DNA of 64,000 nt from Nitrospirota bacterium. GTDB taxonomy: Bacteria; Nitrospirota; UBA9217. The first letter of the stretch is position 1, and each line of letters opens with the position of its first letter. This document shows positions 1 to 10,309 of the stretch, piece by piece. The notes beneath the pieces are model-generated. The model was given only the letters and a program-made list of their open reading frames with translations, had not been told where the DNA came from and ran no database searches. Made by a program: the position numbers and the translations under genes. The stretch covers positions 1 to 64,000 of the forward strand of contig CAVWHO010000015.1 of assembly GCA_963754875.1 (NCBI GenBank), written 5' to 3'.

Positions 1-694
1 CGAATCGACTACTCGGCGCACGCGGACGGCGCTGCCGAGATCGAGGAGCTGTTCGGCGTGCCGGCGCGGCTGCTCCGCAACGGCGAGGGGTGGTCGCGCG
101 AGACGTTCACGAACTTCGGCACGCACAACTCGACGCACGTCGACGCGCCGTACCACTACAACTCGACGATCGCGCGGCGAGCCGGCGCAGACGATCGACC
201 AGCTGCCGCTCGAGTGGTTCTTCGCGCCCGGCGTCGTGCTCGACTTCACCGGACGCGACGACGGCGACGCCGTTCGCGGCGGAGGAGCTGGAGCCGGCGC
301 TCGCCGCCGCGGGCCACGAGCTGCGCGAGCGCGACATCGTGCTGGTGCGGACCGGACTGCGACCGCTTCTACGCCGAGCCGGACTACATGTTCCGCGGCC
401 CGGGCGTCACCGCCGAGGCGACGGAGTGGCTCTTCGACCGAGGCATCCGCGTGATGGGCATCGACGCGTGGGGCTGGGACCGGCCGCTGAACGTGCAGGC
501 CGCGGAGGCTCTGCGAGCGCGACGAGCCGGGAGTCTTCTGGGAGGCCCACCAGGCGGACCTGCCGTACTCGCAGATCGAGCGGCTGTTCAACCTGGCGGA
601 GCTGCCGCCGACGGGCTTCACGGTCGCGTGCTTCCCGCTGAAGCTCGTCGGAGCGAGCGCCGCGCCGGCGCGAGTGGTCGCGATCGTCGACTGA
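1..694 (+). CDS. Cyclase / kynurenine formamidase-family metal-dependent hydrolase (5'-partial, several apparent sequencing frameshifts)
   Basis: GTHNSTHVDAPYH matches the family HxxTHxDAPxH motif. Later GIRVMGIDAWGWD and a C-terminal (Q)IERLFNL...PLKLVGASAAPARVVAIVD* appear across shifted frames. Confidence 0.8.
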
Positions 695-698
695 GTCG

Positions 699-1020
699 AT
701 GGCATCTCTGCGCCCCGAGACACCCGCCGATTGTGCGGCCGTACGCGACATCGTGAGGAGAGCGTTCGACCGGGAGGAGGTCGTCGATCTCGTCGATCGG
801 ATTCGGTCGTCGGAGAGCTACGTCCCGGAGCTCTCGTTCGTGGCCGAGAGCGACGGGAAGATCGTCGGGCACACCATGCTGAGCTACGTCGACCTCGTCG
901 GCGCGCGGTCGGCCCGCCGCGTCCTGACGTTGTCGCCGGTGTCCGTCGCGCCCGAAGAGCAGGGACGAGGCATCGGAGGCTCGCTCGTCAGGACAGCCGT
1001 CACGGAGGCGGATGCGCGGG
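699..1020 (+). CDS. GNAT N-acetyltransferase (YhbS-like), truncated at a sequence junction
   Basis: LRPETPAD...SFVAESDGKIVGH...LSPVSVAPEEQGRGIGGSL contains the QGRGIG acetyl-CoA motif. Homology stops abruptly after EADARG. Confidence 0.8.
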
Positions 1021-1722
1021 GTGATGGTCCATCGCCGGTTCGGCTCGGGCCAGGTCGTGAGCATCGGCGTCGAGGGCCTCTGGCGCTGGGGCTTCAACGC
1101 CAAGGTGGAGGGCGTCAACACCGCGTTCGACCGGTTCTGGGATCAGACGATTCTCTGGCTGCTGGCCGGGCGCGATTTCATTCCGTCGAAGCAGTTCTCC
1201 TTTCGCCCCAGCTCGGCCAACATCCAGCTCGGCGAGAAGGTGTATTTCCGGCTGAACCGGGCCAGGAACCCGGACCCCAAGGTCAAGAAGGTGCCGGTGC
1301 GGCTTCTGCTCGGCGACAACGAGGAGGTGGCGCGCCTCTCGCTCGCGCCAGCGCCCGGCCAGGATCCAGCCGGCTGACCGCCGAGTTCCTGCCGGAGCAG
1401 CTGGGACGTTATCGGGCGGTGGCCACGCTGCCGGACGGCACCACGCAGGAATCGCGCTTCATCGTCTTCACCGAAAACCTGGAGGAAACCGAAGTGGCGA
1501 CCGACGTGACCTATCTCGAGCGCTTCTGCGAAGCCAGCGGCGGCCGGCTGATGCAAGCCGGCGAGCTGCGGCAAACTGATCAGCGAATTCAGCGACGAGA
1601 AGCTCGACGCCCCGCCCAAGACCCGGCTGAAAAGTGCCTGGGATCAGACTTGGGTTTTCTACCTCGCGGGCCTACTGTTCGGGGTGGATTGGTATCTCAG
1701 GAGACGTTGGGGGTTGAGTTGA
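1021..1722 (+). CDS. C-terminal fragment of a GATase-like/vWA-operon membrane protein (frameshifted)
   Basis: RFGSGQVVSIGVEGLWRW...FDRFWDQTILWL, LERFCEASGGRL and a terminal TM followed by DWYLRRRWGLS* are typical of PVC MoxR/vWA-operon proteins. Confidence 0.6.
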
Positions 1723-1729
1723 GGACTGC

Positions 1730-2091
1730 ATGATGCAAATGAACCAGGAACTACAGTACCGCTCCGGCGAGGCACGGGTCGATCTGTTTGCGGGCCTCGG
1801 CGCGCTGGTTACAGCAGGGTTATCCTCTGGGCTGACTCTGACATGCGCGAAACCTCGCTCGTGTTGATGGCTCTTGCTGGCTACCTGCTCTGGCGCGCGG
1901 CCCAAGCCTGGCGGCGGCCGTACCTGGTTCTGGGAGTTGACAAGCTCGTCGTCTTCGAACGTGGCCGTCCCAGACACTACATCGCCTTGTCGGCGATCAC
2001 ATCGATTCATCAAGGTTTCAATCGAACGATCCTGCATCTGCGCGACGGGCTGAAAGTCCCGGGTCAGCCACCTTGGTTTCATGCGCGGTAA
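1730..2091 (+). CDS. Small hypothetical membrane protein (two TM segments plus a PH-like domain), frameshifted
   Basis: GAGGA RBS precedes the ATG. Two hydrophobic stretches are followed by a beta-rich tail (PYLVLGVDKLVVF...IALSAITSI). Confidence 0.4.
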
Positions 2092-2174
2092 ACATAGACC
2101 TTCAAGCACGCCCTTTCGGAGCGGTTGAAGGAGGTCACCATATGAGTCCAAACCGGCTTCGCCCCGCGGCCCCG

Positions 2175-2395
2175 TTTTGGAGTGCGGTGACCTGTCACTG
2201 CTTTGCGCGCTTGGCCGACTCAAAGGGATCGGCATCCAGCCCAGGGTTGCGAGCGGCTCTGGGAATGTCCTGCGCGCCCCCACTGCGACGGCGACCGGGC
2301 GCCGTGGGGTGGGATTCCTCGGACTCCAGGGTAGGCGCGCGCGCAACCGGGCGCGAAGTCGCCTGCCGAAAGCGCGGCCGGGTCCGCGCACTCCA
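2175..2395. repeat. REP/MITE-like palindromic element, GGAGTGCG...CGCACTCC family, copy 1
   Basis: TTTTGGAGTGCG (2175-2186) is inverted against CGCACTCCA (2387-2395). The same termini occur at 7650-7756. Confidence 0.7.
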
Positions 2396-2455
2396 CAGAG
2401 GCAAATCCAACCCTCCTGTGGCATCTTGAACATGATTTGAAACACAGTTGATCTC

Positions 2456-5400
2456 ATGCCCGCAACCACGCCCATCACCCAGCGCCTCGCGGCGGCGGAT
2501 CGCGCCCATCAACGCGAGATGGGCGGGAGCGTGCTGTTCCGCTGCGCCAAATATGCGCTCGCGCTCGTCCTGCTCGGGTTCCTGTTCGACGTGCTGCTGC
2601 ATTTCGGCGCCGGCGTGCGGCTGGCCTTCTCCCTCGCGCTCCTGGCCGGCCTCGCCGGCTTGCTCGGCTGGAGCTGGTATCTCGCCTGGGTGCGCCGGAA
2701 CCAGCTCGCCCACATCGCCCGCCTCCTCGAAGAACGCGATCCCGCCCTCGGCTCCAAGCTCATCAACGTGCTCCAGTTGCAGGGCCAGGCCGACGACGCC
2801 CAACTCAAACCGCTCACGCGCGAGCTCTCCCGGCTGGCCATCGAACGTTACGGCCAGGAACTCGCCCACATCGATTTCGAGCGGCTGGCCCGCACGCCGC
2901 AGTTGCGCCGCGAACTCAAGCGCGCCGCCTGGGCGGTCGCCGCGTTCGCGCTCGTGCTGGTGCTCTTCCACCGCGTCTCGGTGGTGGAGCTGGCGCGCTT
3001 CGCCGATCCGTTTGGCGATCATCCGCCCTATTCCTTCACCCAGCTGGCCATCCTCGATCCCGGCCCCGACGGCACGAACGTCATTTACGGCCGCAGTTTC
3101 CTGGTGCGCGTGAAGGCCACCGGGCACCGGCCCAAGGAGGTCTTCCTCACCGCGCATCCGGTGGACCATCCGGAGCAGGCCGTCACGCTGCCGATGTTCG
3201 ACAAGGGCGGCGCAGGGTTCCATCAGCAGCTCGACAACATCCGCACCGAGACGATCGTCTTCGCGCAGACGAAGGACGGCGCCAGCCGTCAGCAAGCAAG
3301 CATCGCCTCGGCGTGATCCTCGTGCCGCAGCTCGACAAGGCCTACGTGCGGATCACCCCGCCGGCCTACACCGGCCTCAAGGCGGAGGAGAAACCTTATG
3401 CGTTCAAGGGCGTGCAGGCGCTGGCCGGCAGCGAGGTGCGGTTCCGGCTGCAATCCAACCGCCCGCTCCGCGAAGGCGCGCTGGAAGTCACCACCGGCGA
3501 CGCCCCGCCGCAGGTGGTGAAACTCGCACTGAGTAGCAGCCGACGTGAGGAGGCTCCATCCAATTCCCAATTCCCAATTCCCAATTCCAAATCTGAAGCG
3601 AGCCCCACGTCGGCTGCTACGAATCAGGAATTGGACCAGAAGTCGCCGGCGCCATCACCGCCCGCGAATCCGGCCGCTTGCGCTTTCAGCCTCACCGACG
3701 TGGCCGGCATCTCCGTCGCAGGAAATCTGGGAAGGCGCGCTCACCGTCACGCACGATCTGCCGCCGGAGATCCGCATCGTGGATCCGCCCAAGGACGCCT
3801 TCGTCGCGATGGATTTCAAGTTCCAGGCCCAGATCGAGGCGACCGACGATTACGGGCTCAGGATCGTCCGCCTGCATCGCGCCTTGAATGGCAGCTTCTC
3901 CCGCGCCCAAGGTCGTGAGCTACGACGCCGTGATCCTCGCGTCGCACGAGACGCTGGACTTCAACTTCGCCGACCTGGGCGTCCAGCCCGGCGACGTCAT
4001 CTCCTTCTTCGCCGAGGCGATCGACACCGCCCCGGAAGCCCATCTGGCTCGCAGCGAAACCGTCCACCTGGTCGTCATCAGCGTCGAGGACTACAACAAT
4101 TTCCTGCGCGAGCAGACCGACCTGGCCGACATCGAAGCCAAGTACCACCGAGTTGATGAACCAGTTGCACGACCTGGTGGAGGAGCAACGCAAGCTCGGC
4201 GAACGCCAGCCCAGGCGCTCGAGGAGAAGCTCGCCAAGGCCGACGCCAAGCAGCAGGACGCCCTCCAGCAGGAACTGGACGGCCTGCTCGCAAAACAGAA
4301 CGAGCTGAACCAGAAATTGAATCAGCAGGCGGCGCGCATGGAGAGCTTCGTTCGCAAGGATCCGCTCTACGACGTGGAGGCGGAGTTGCAGGAGACGCTG
4401 AAGAAACAGGCGGATGCCATCCGCGAATCCACGAAGGAAAACAACGCCGCGTCGCAGCAGATCGCGCAGCGCAGCTCGCCGCCGAACGGCCCGCGCCAGA
4501 TGGATTCGGCATGATGAACGACTTCAAGCAAGCGTCCGACGAGCAGGTCAAGAAGCTGGGCGGCGTCGAGGAGCAGACCCGCGAGGACATCGCGCAGACC
4601 CTGCAGGACATGAGTCAGATGCAGGAGATGATGAAGGACTTCAACCAGTTCGAGGCGTTGTTCCAGGCGCAACAGGCGTTGACCGACCAAGCCAAGCCCT
4701 ACAATCGCACCGGGGAACTGAGCCGCGAAGATCAGCTCGCGCTCAAAGAGCCTCGCCGCCACGGAGAAGCAGGTGGGCGACATGATGGAACGGCTGGAGC
4801 AGAAACTGCGCGACGACTCGAAGGCGGCGAACAAGCTGTTCCCCCAGGCGGCCCAGAGCGCGTGGGATCTCGCCGACAAGATCGAGGAGGCGCGGATGCA
4901 GCAACTCGCGCGGCAGGCCACCAGCCAGATGCTCGCGAGCAAGGGCGAGGGCTGGTATCAGTCTTGCCGGCGGTTGCGCAGCGAGATGGAGAAGCTGTTC
5001 GGCCAGTGCAAATCGCAGGGCGGCTCGCCCGGTCCGCAGGAACTGGATCTTGAGTATCTGCGCCTGACGCGCGGCATGAATCCGGGGGGCGCAACTTCCA
5101 GCAATAGTCGCAGAGCCGGAAGTTCGGCCGGCCCGGCATGAATCAGGGCCAGGGCCATGTCCGGCAAAGGCGACGGCCAGGAAGGTTCGAGCGGCTACGC
5201 GGTGATGACCGGCGAGATCCCGATGTGATGGGCAACGAGTCCTTCGTGATGCGCTCGGACGTGGCGTCGAAGATGTCGCAGGCCGGGCGGGCTCGGCAAA
5301 GGCATGGTGGACCCGAACGGCAGCGGGCTGGTGCTGGAACAAGCCGGACAAGCTGAAGGGCTGAACCCGGTCGACCGCCAGTCCGGCGCCGTGTCCTCCG

Positions 5401-5483
5401 AGACCCTGCTGGAGGAATACAGCGAGGTCGTGGACAACTATTTCAAGACGATCAGCAAACAAGGAACTGGAGGTGGGAAATGA
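2456..5483 (+). CDS. Large DUF4175-like membrane-anchored Ig/coiled-coil protein (many apparent indel errors)
   Basis: N-terminal TMs with IARLLEERDPALGSKLIN, then ITPPAYTGL, DLPPEIRI, ATDDYGL, LGVQPGDVISFFAEAID, a Q/E-rich coiled coil and a terminal EEYSEVVDNYFK. The segments are spread over several ORF frames. Confidence 0.65.
3533..3620. repeat. GTAG-type REP-like palindrome inside a CDS, with a heptamer microsatellite loop
   Basis: Perfect 15-bp inverted repeat GTAGCAGCCGACGTG (3533-3547) / CACGTCGGCTGCTAC (3606-3620). The loop holds (CCAATTC)x4 at 3560-3587. Confidence 0.8.
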
Positions 5484-5504
5484 GCAAGCACTCGTCACTT
5501 GGAA

Positions 5505-5822
5505 GACGCGAACTTTCGTTTGGTTTCCCACCCCTTCCACTGAACCGCCCAAAGATTAGGGGGAGGACAAGATGGGAAAGCCTGGATCTTTGTCCTCCTC
5601 AAAATCTTCGGGTGCTTGCTTCGGCGAGTTCAAAGGTCTGAGGCGCGAAATTCCGTTTGGAGAGTTCACCCCGGTGAGGGGAGAGGGAACAGCCCAACGC
5701 GCCCTCTTCAGCCAATGCCTCCGAAGCCATCGCCCAGCCATGCGGGTGCTGAATTCCCCAAGCAGCGTCCGCCAGCTTCCTCCCTCTCCCCTCGACGGGG
5801 AGAGGGACCGAGGGGAGGGGTG
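5505..5822. repeat. Composite of palindromic elements, including the CCCTCTCCC...GGGAGAGGG family
   Basis: Hairpin AAGATT..GGAGGACAA / TTGTCCTCC..AATCTT at ~5552-5608, imperfect direct repeat CGCGAA.TT.CGTTTGG....CACCCC at ~5505 and ~5642, and CCCTCTCCCC-TCGAC-GGGGAGAGGG at ~5782-5807. Confidence 0.6.
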
Positions 5823-5849
5823 GGAAAGCTCAGCTCGCCCATCGCTCTC

Positions 5850-6522
5850 TGACGAGTCTCTGTACCCTGCTCTTGCTGGCCCCGGCTTTCACCCATGCCG
5901 CCACGAAGGCTGCGACACCAGCCGCAGCCAATCCCGCTACCTCCGATCTCACCGTGCTACAGCGCGGCAACCTGGTGTATGCCGGCAACCAGAGTTCCGT
6001 CTGCTTCGCCGACCGCTTCCTCGCCGACGTCGGCCGTCAGACCAATCTCAAGGTGACGAAGAGTTTCTGCCCGGTGAAACTCGATGCCGACGGATTGTTC
6101 GATTACCCGTTCTGCGTCATGTCCGGCAACGAGACGTTCGCCCTGTCCGAGAAGGAACGCGGCAACCTCCGCCGATTCCTGCTCAACGGCGGCTTCCTCC
6201 TCGCCAGTCCCGGGGTGCTCGGACGCCAGTGGGATAAGGCCTTCGCCAGGAACTGAAGTGTGCTCCCCGGACCAGGCGCTGAAGAAGATCCCGATGACCA
6301 TCGCACTTCGGCGTGGAACTGAATTTGATGCCTGACGGACATGCACGGCAAGGTGGTGGCGCTTGAAGACCTTGAGATCATCGGCGGTTGGTGCTGTGCA
6401 TTCCGGCGGCTGGCCTCAACGACGTGGCCACCGCCAAGGGCTGCTGCTGCTCCGGCGGCAACGAAGTCGCCGACCCGGCCAAGGTGAACGTGAACGTGTT
6501 CACGTATGCGGTGGTGTATTGA
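5850..6522 (+). CDS. DUF4159-like domain protein (start uncertain, possibly ATG at 5480; frameshifted)
   Basis: LFDYPFCVMSGNETFALSEKERGNLRRFLLNGGFLLASPG...WDKAF, and a C-terminal GLNDVATAKGCCCSGGNE...VNVNVFTYAVVY*. Confidence 0.7.
6374..6522 (+). repeat. Direct repeat copy 1 (~150 bp, 3' end of the DUF4159-like gene)
   Basis: Near-identical to 7389-7538, including an identical core GGCGGCAACGAAGTCGCCGACCCGGCCAAGGTGAACGTGAACGTGTT and the shared end GCGGTGGTGTATTGA. Confidence 0.9.
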
Positions 6523-6543
6523 AGAAGAAGTGCCCGCCAACGC

Positions 6544-7044
6544 TCACCGGATCGCCTTGAGCAGCCGCCTGGGATGCGCCGGGTGGACGGGGAACAAGTC
6601 CGCCTCGTTGAAAGCCAGGACCAGCGACTCTTCGTCAATGTCCAGCAAGTGCTTGTCCGAAGTCACCAGCACAGGAATACCCATGAGCGAAGTCTGGGCG
6701 AGGATCTTCCCGTCGTTCCGTTCGGTTTCAGGGAGGAGGGACGCATTCATCAGCCGTTCAGCGAAGCGATGCGGCAATCGCGAGTCCAGTCGCGGACAAC
6801 CCGAAAGGCTGGCAGGCCCAACCGGCGAGCTTCTCCAGGGCGACGGCTGCGAAATGGCACTGTGGCGCACGGCCTGACTCGGCAAGCACCTCGCAGTTCG
6901 GCCAGCACCGTGGGCGGCACCAGGAAGTTGTAGCCGCGACCGGTGAATTCCTCCATGAAGTCGCACACGAAATCTTTCCCCTCGGCCAGGTCGAGCAGGA
7001 AATTTGTGTCAAGCGCCAGTGGTTTCTTTGCGGCTGCCCGCCAT
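6544..7044 (-). CDS. PIN-domain (VapC-like) toxin, frameshifted
   Basis: Reconstructed M-A-G-S-R-K-K-P-L-A-LDTNFLLDL...VPPTVLAEL...ERNDGKILAQ...VLVTSDKHLL carries the PIN acidic motifs (DTN, E, D, TxD). Confidence 0.75.
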
Positions 7045-7191
7045 ACACCTTCACCATGGCTCGTGCAAATATTCCGCCTCCTGTTCCGGGGTCAACTTGC
7101 TGGCCAGTTTCCGCACCTCGGCCGCCCAACGTGTGCCGTTGGTTTCGTCCGGATAATCGAGTTTCTTCCGCTTGCCGGCTTTCCGTTTCAT
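7010..7191 (-). CDS. Putative small antitoxin overlapping the PIN gene start
   Basis: MKRKAGKRKKLDYPDETNGTRWAAEVRKLASKLTPEQEAEYL..AMVKVYGG. It is small, lies directly upstream of the PIN gene and overlaps it. Confidence 0.55.
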
Positions 7192-7388
7192 GCGTGGCAA
7201 AACTACGCGGTTGGACCGGCTTCCGCAAGCTCCGGGCAGTTCGCCCGGCCCGAACCCTCGGCGAACGGCGCGCGGCTGTCCCAGCCGCAGCACTTCTCCG
7301 CCCACAGTTACGCCAGCCGTGACTTTCGGCGAGCGCGATGGCAGAATGACCCGGGCAATGAGAGCAGCAGCATTTCACTTCCGGCCTG

Positions 7389-7538
7389 GAGATCAACGGC
7401 CGGCTGGTGCTGGTGTATTCCGCCGATGGCCTGAACGACGTGGCCAACGCCAAGGGCTGCTGCTGCGGCGGCGGCAACGAAGTCGCCGACCCGGCCAAGG
7501 TGAACGTGAACGTGTTTACCAATGCGGTGGTGTATTGA
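7389..7538 (+). repeat. Direct repeat copy 2 (orphan duplicate of the DUF4159-like gene 3' end)
   Basis: Encodes EINGRLVLVYSADGLNDVANAKGCCCGGGNEVADPAKVNVNVFTNAVVY* with no gene body upstream. Confidence 0.9.
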
Positions 7539-7561
7539 CGATCGAGCGTTTTCGCAGCGGC

Positions 7562-9170
7562 ATGAGCACTCACAACCAATCGCCCCACCGGCAGCAAGAG
7601 CCAAAGGCAGTGGGCGGCCGCGCCTGAAACGAAGCCGGCAGGCACGCGCTTTGGAGTGCGCCGGCAGAGCGCAGCGGCGACGGCGCTTTGGCTGTGGCAA
7701 CGCGGCTGTTTCCCGGCCAAAGCGGTGTCGCGCTTCGCTTGCCACCGCACTCCAAAACGCCGCAGCCCCTGCAATGGTCAGTGTTCGCCCACAGCCTACT
7801 CCTGCTGCTCTTGTCCTCGCCCTTTCCGGCTGCTCCAAATCCCCTGCCCCGAAACCCTCCGACCTCACGGTTTACTTCACCTGCGACACCCATGGGCGGC
7901 TGGTGCCGTGCGGCTGTTTCACCGGCCAGTACGGCGGCATGACGCGTCTCAAGACCCTCCTGGACGCCGAGACCACCACCAATGCCCTCCGGCTCGACGT
8001 CGGCGATGCCATCGGCGGCAGCGAGGATTTCGATGTCATCGAGTACCGCTACCTGCTGCGCGCCTACGCGGCGCTGAAGTACGACGCGTTGAACCTCGGC
8101 CACCGCGAAGCGCAGCTGTCCGCCGCGCAGTTGCGCGAGCTCAAGAGACCGGCGCCGCCGCTGCTCAGCGCCAACCTGCTCGACAAAGCCACCGGCAAGC
8201 CGTTCTTCGACTCCTACCGCATCCTCGAGCGGACCGGATGGAAGCATCGCCGTCATCGGCGTGCTCGACCCGCGCGGGTTTGGACGACGTTCTCGGCGAG
8301 GGGCTGGTCGTGGAGAGATGGAGTCCACGCTCAGCCGATTGCTGCCGGAGGTGCGCGCCAAGGCGGACCTGCTCGTGCTGCTCGCCTTCACCGACGAAGC
8401 AAACGCTGACCCGACTGGCGGAGCAGTTTTACGAGGTCCAGGTCATTCTCGGCGGCAAAGTGCAGCCAGCCGTCGCAAGTGCTTCAGAAGCGAGAACCGC
8501 AGCCTGATTTATTACGTCACCAACGAAGGCGCGCGCGCTGGGCATCCTGCGGCTCGCATCAGCCGGCGGCGCGCAGCCGCCGTGCTCGGCAACGAAATCC
8601 GCCTCCTTGACCAGATCCCCCAGGACACGACCTTCCGCGCTCGGCCAGGACTTATCGCGACGAGGTGCGGCGCACCCAGCTGGCGGTGCGATGATGCGCG
8701 ACCGGTCGCCGGCGACATGGTGCCGGGCGTGCGCACGGTGGCCACCTACGTCGGCAGCCAGCGCTGCCTGGCCTGCCATCCCACCGCCGGCGCGGTGTGG
8801 GCGCAATCGGCCACGCGCACGCCTTCGCGACGCTCTGGCGCGCCAAGGCGGATGCCGACCCCAAGTGCATCGGCTGCCACACGACCGGCTTTGGCGCCGC
8901 CATCGGGTTATCAGCGTGAGTTCGGCCGGACAAGCTCATCGATGTCGGCTGCGAGAGCTGCCACGGGCCCGGCAGCCTGCATGTTCAGGAACGCAAGGCC
9001 GCGCCACCGGGCATGGTGGCGGAGTGATTCAAGTACCGTCCGCTGGCCGCGGGCGATTGCCAGAAATGTCACTACGGCGAATTCAGCCGCGCCGTTCGAT
9101 TGGGACCAGTTCTGGCCGGCTGATCAAGCACGGCAAGGAACCCAAGGCCACCGCCGCAAGGACGCCATGA
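7562..9170 (+). CDS. Lipoprotein fusing an UshA/5'-nucleotidase-like metallophosphoesterase domain to a tetraheme cytochrome c (c554-like); frameshifted, start uncertain
   Basis: Lipobox LALSG-C, then YFTCDTHGRLVPCGC, LDVGD, YDALNLGHRE and LLSANL. Four CxxCH motifs follow: CLACH ~8765, CIGCH ~8866, CESCH ~8949, CQKCH ~9058. Confidence 0.75.
7650..7756. repeat. REP/MITE-like palindromic element, GGAGTGCG...CGCACTCC family, copy 2
   Basis: Perfect 11-bp inverted repeat TTTGGAGTGCG / CGCACTCCAAA, with an inner inverted repeat CGCTTTGGC / GCCAAAGCG. Confidence 0.8.
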
Positions 9171-10204
9171 AACCCGAACCTGCCTTCCTTTGTAGGCTGA
9201 CGCCACGTGTGGCCAGCCGTTTCCTTTCCCCTCACCCCTGCCCTCTCCCTTGGGGAGAGGAGAACCGGGTCCAGCGCGGGAGGAGTTACACGCAGCAACA
9301 CCTTTCCAAGCGACGTGAGCTACCTGTTCCCTCTCCTCGGGGAGAGGGTCAGGGTGAGGGGAAAGGAGCCGGATCGAGTTTGCGACGCACCACCCAGTTC
9401 ACGGCCGGGAATTGGACCGCAGGTTTCTTTGCTGTGCTCCTGTTCACCGCCCTGCCCGCTCTGGCCGACATCCCGGCCGGCTGGAGCACAAATCTCTCGG
9501 ACACTTTGACGTCCGCCGCGACGAATGATCGTCCGGTGCTCCTCACTTCACCGCCACGTGGTGCGGGCCGTGCAAATTGATGGCGGCAAACACGCTGCCG
9601 GATCCCGTCGTGCGCAGCAACCTGGCCCGCTTCGCCTGCGTCGCGCTCGACCTCGATGCCAACCAGGCCGCCGCCCAACAGCGCGGCGTCTCTGCCAGTC
9701 CCGCCTTCCTCGTGTTGAACTCCGCAGGGGACGTGATCCTGCGCATGGAAGGCTATCGGGATGCGACGCAATTCAATGCCTGGCTGGAGGAGGCGGTGAA
9801 GACCGCCCACGCCGCCGCGCAGAAGAAGGTGTCGGCGTTTCTGAAGCAACAAGACGCCATCGCCACGGCACTGAAATCATCCGATGCGGCGGCCCGCCGG
9901 CAGGCGCTGGCCGACCTGCTGAATCTCTGCGCCGACCGCGAACCGTCGCACCAGCATGTACGCTGCCGCTCAACTCAAGGCCGTGGCCGCCGCCGATCCG
10001 AGTGCGCTGCTCGATGGACTGGAGCACCCCCGCCTGGCCACACGCATTGCCGTGGCAAATCAGTTACGAGAAACGCTGGGCAGGGAGATTGCGTTCGATC
10101 CCTGGGCCAGCCCGGCGGAGCGCGCGAAAGTCATCACCGAACTCCGTCAACAGTCCTTTCCCAAGATCGGAGGAAAGCCTGTGCAGGCGGAACGGCAGGA
10201 ATGA
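9167..10204 (+). CDS. Exported thioredoxin-family protein with a C-terminal HEAT-like helical region (frameshifts near 9545 and 9960)
   Basis: ATGA overlap with the upstream stop, signal peptide ..LLFTALPALA-D, active site FTATWCGPCKLM. Confidence 0.7.
9222..9367. repeat. REP/MITE-like element, CCCCTCACCC..CCCTCTCC family
   Basis: Perfect 16-bp outer inverted repeat TCCTTTCCCCTCACCC / GGGTGAGGGGAAAGGA, with two internal CCTCTCC-n-GGAGAGG hairpins. Confidence 0.8.
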
Positions 10205-10309
10205 ACCGTGGCGGCGACGGCCTCGTCGCCGGAGCGCGGGCGCGGCGCCTCGACGTACGACTGCGGTTAAAGGGCCATGAGCAGAACCGAAAGGAACACG
10301 CGAAGCTTC

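Noticed and set aside
699..1733. 344-aa ORF as a novel GNAT fusion protein
   Set aside because: It crosses the ~1020 junction and strings together off-frame and in-frame pieces of an unrelated gene.
6374..7538. Repeat pair as a diversity-generating retroelement TR/VR
   Set aside because: Mismatches are not confined to adenines and no reverse transcriptase is present.
7903..7917. Selenocysteine in the PCGC motif
   Set aside because: The codons are TGC GGC TGT, with no in-frame TGA.
1..10309. Many frameshifts read as mass pseudogenisation or programmed frameshifting
   Set aside because: Indels are dense and scattered in every gene while motifs stay intact, with no slippery-site pattern. Low-coverage long-read error is the simpler explanation.
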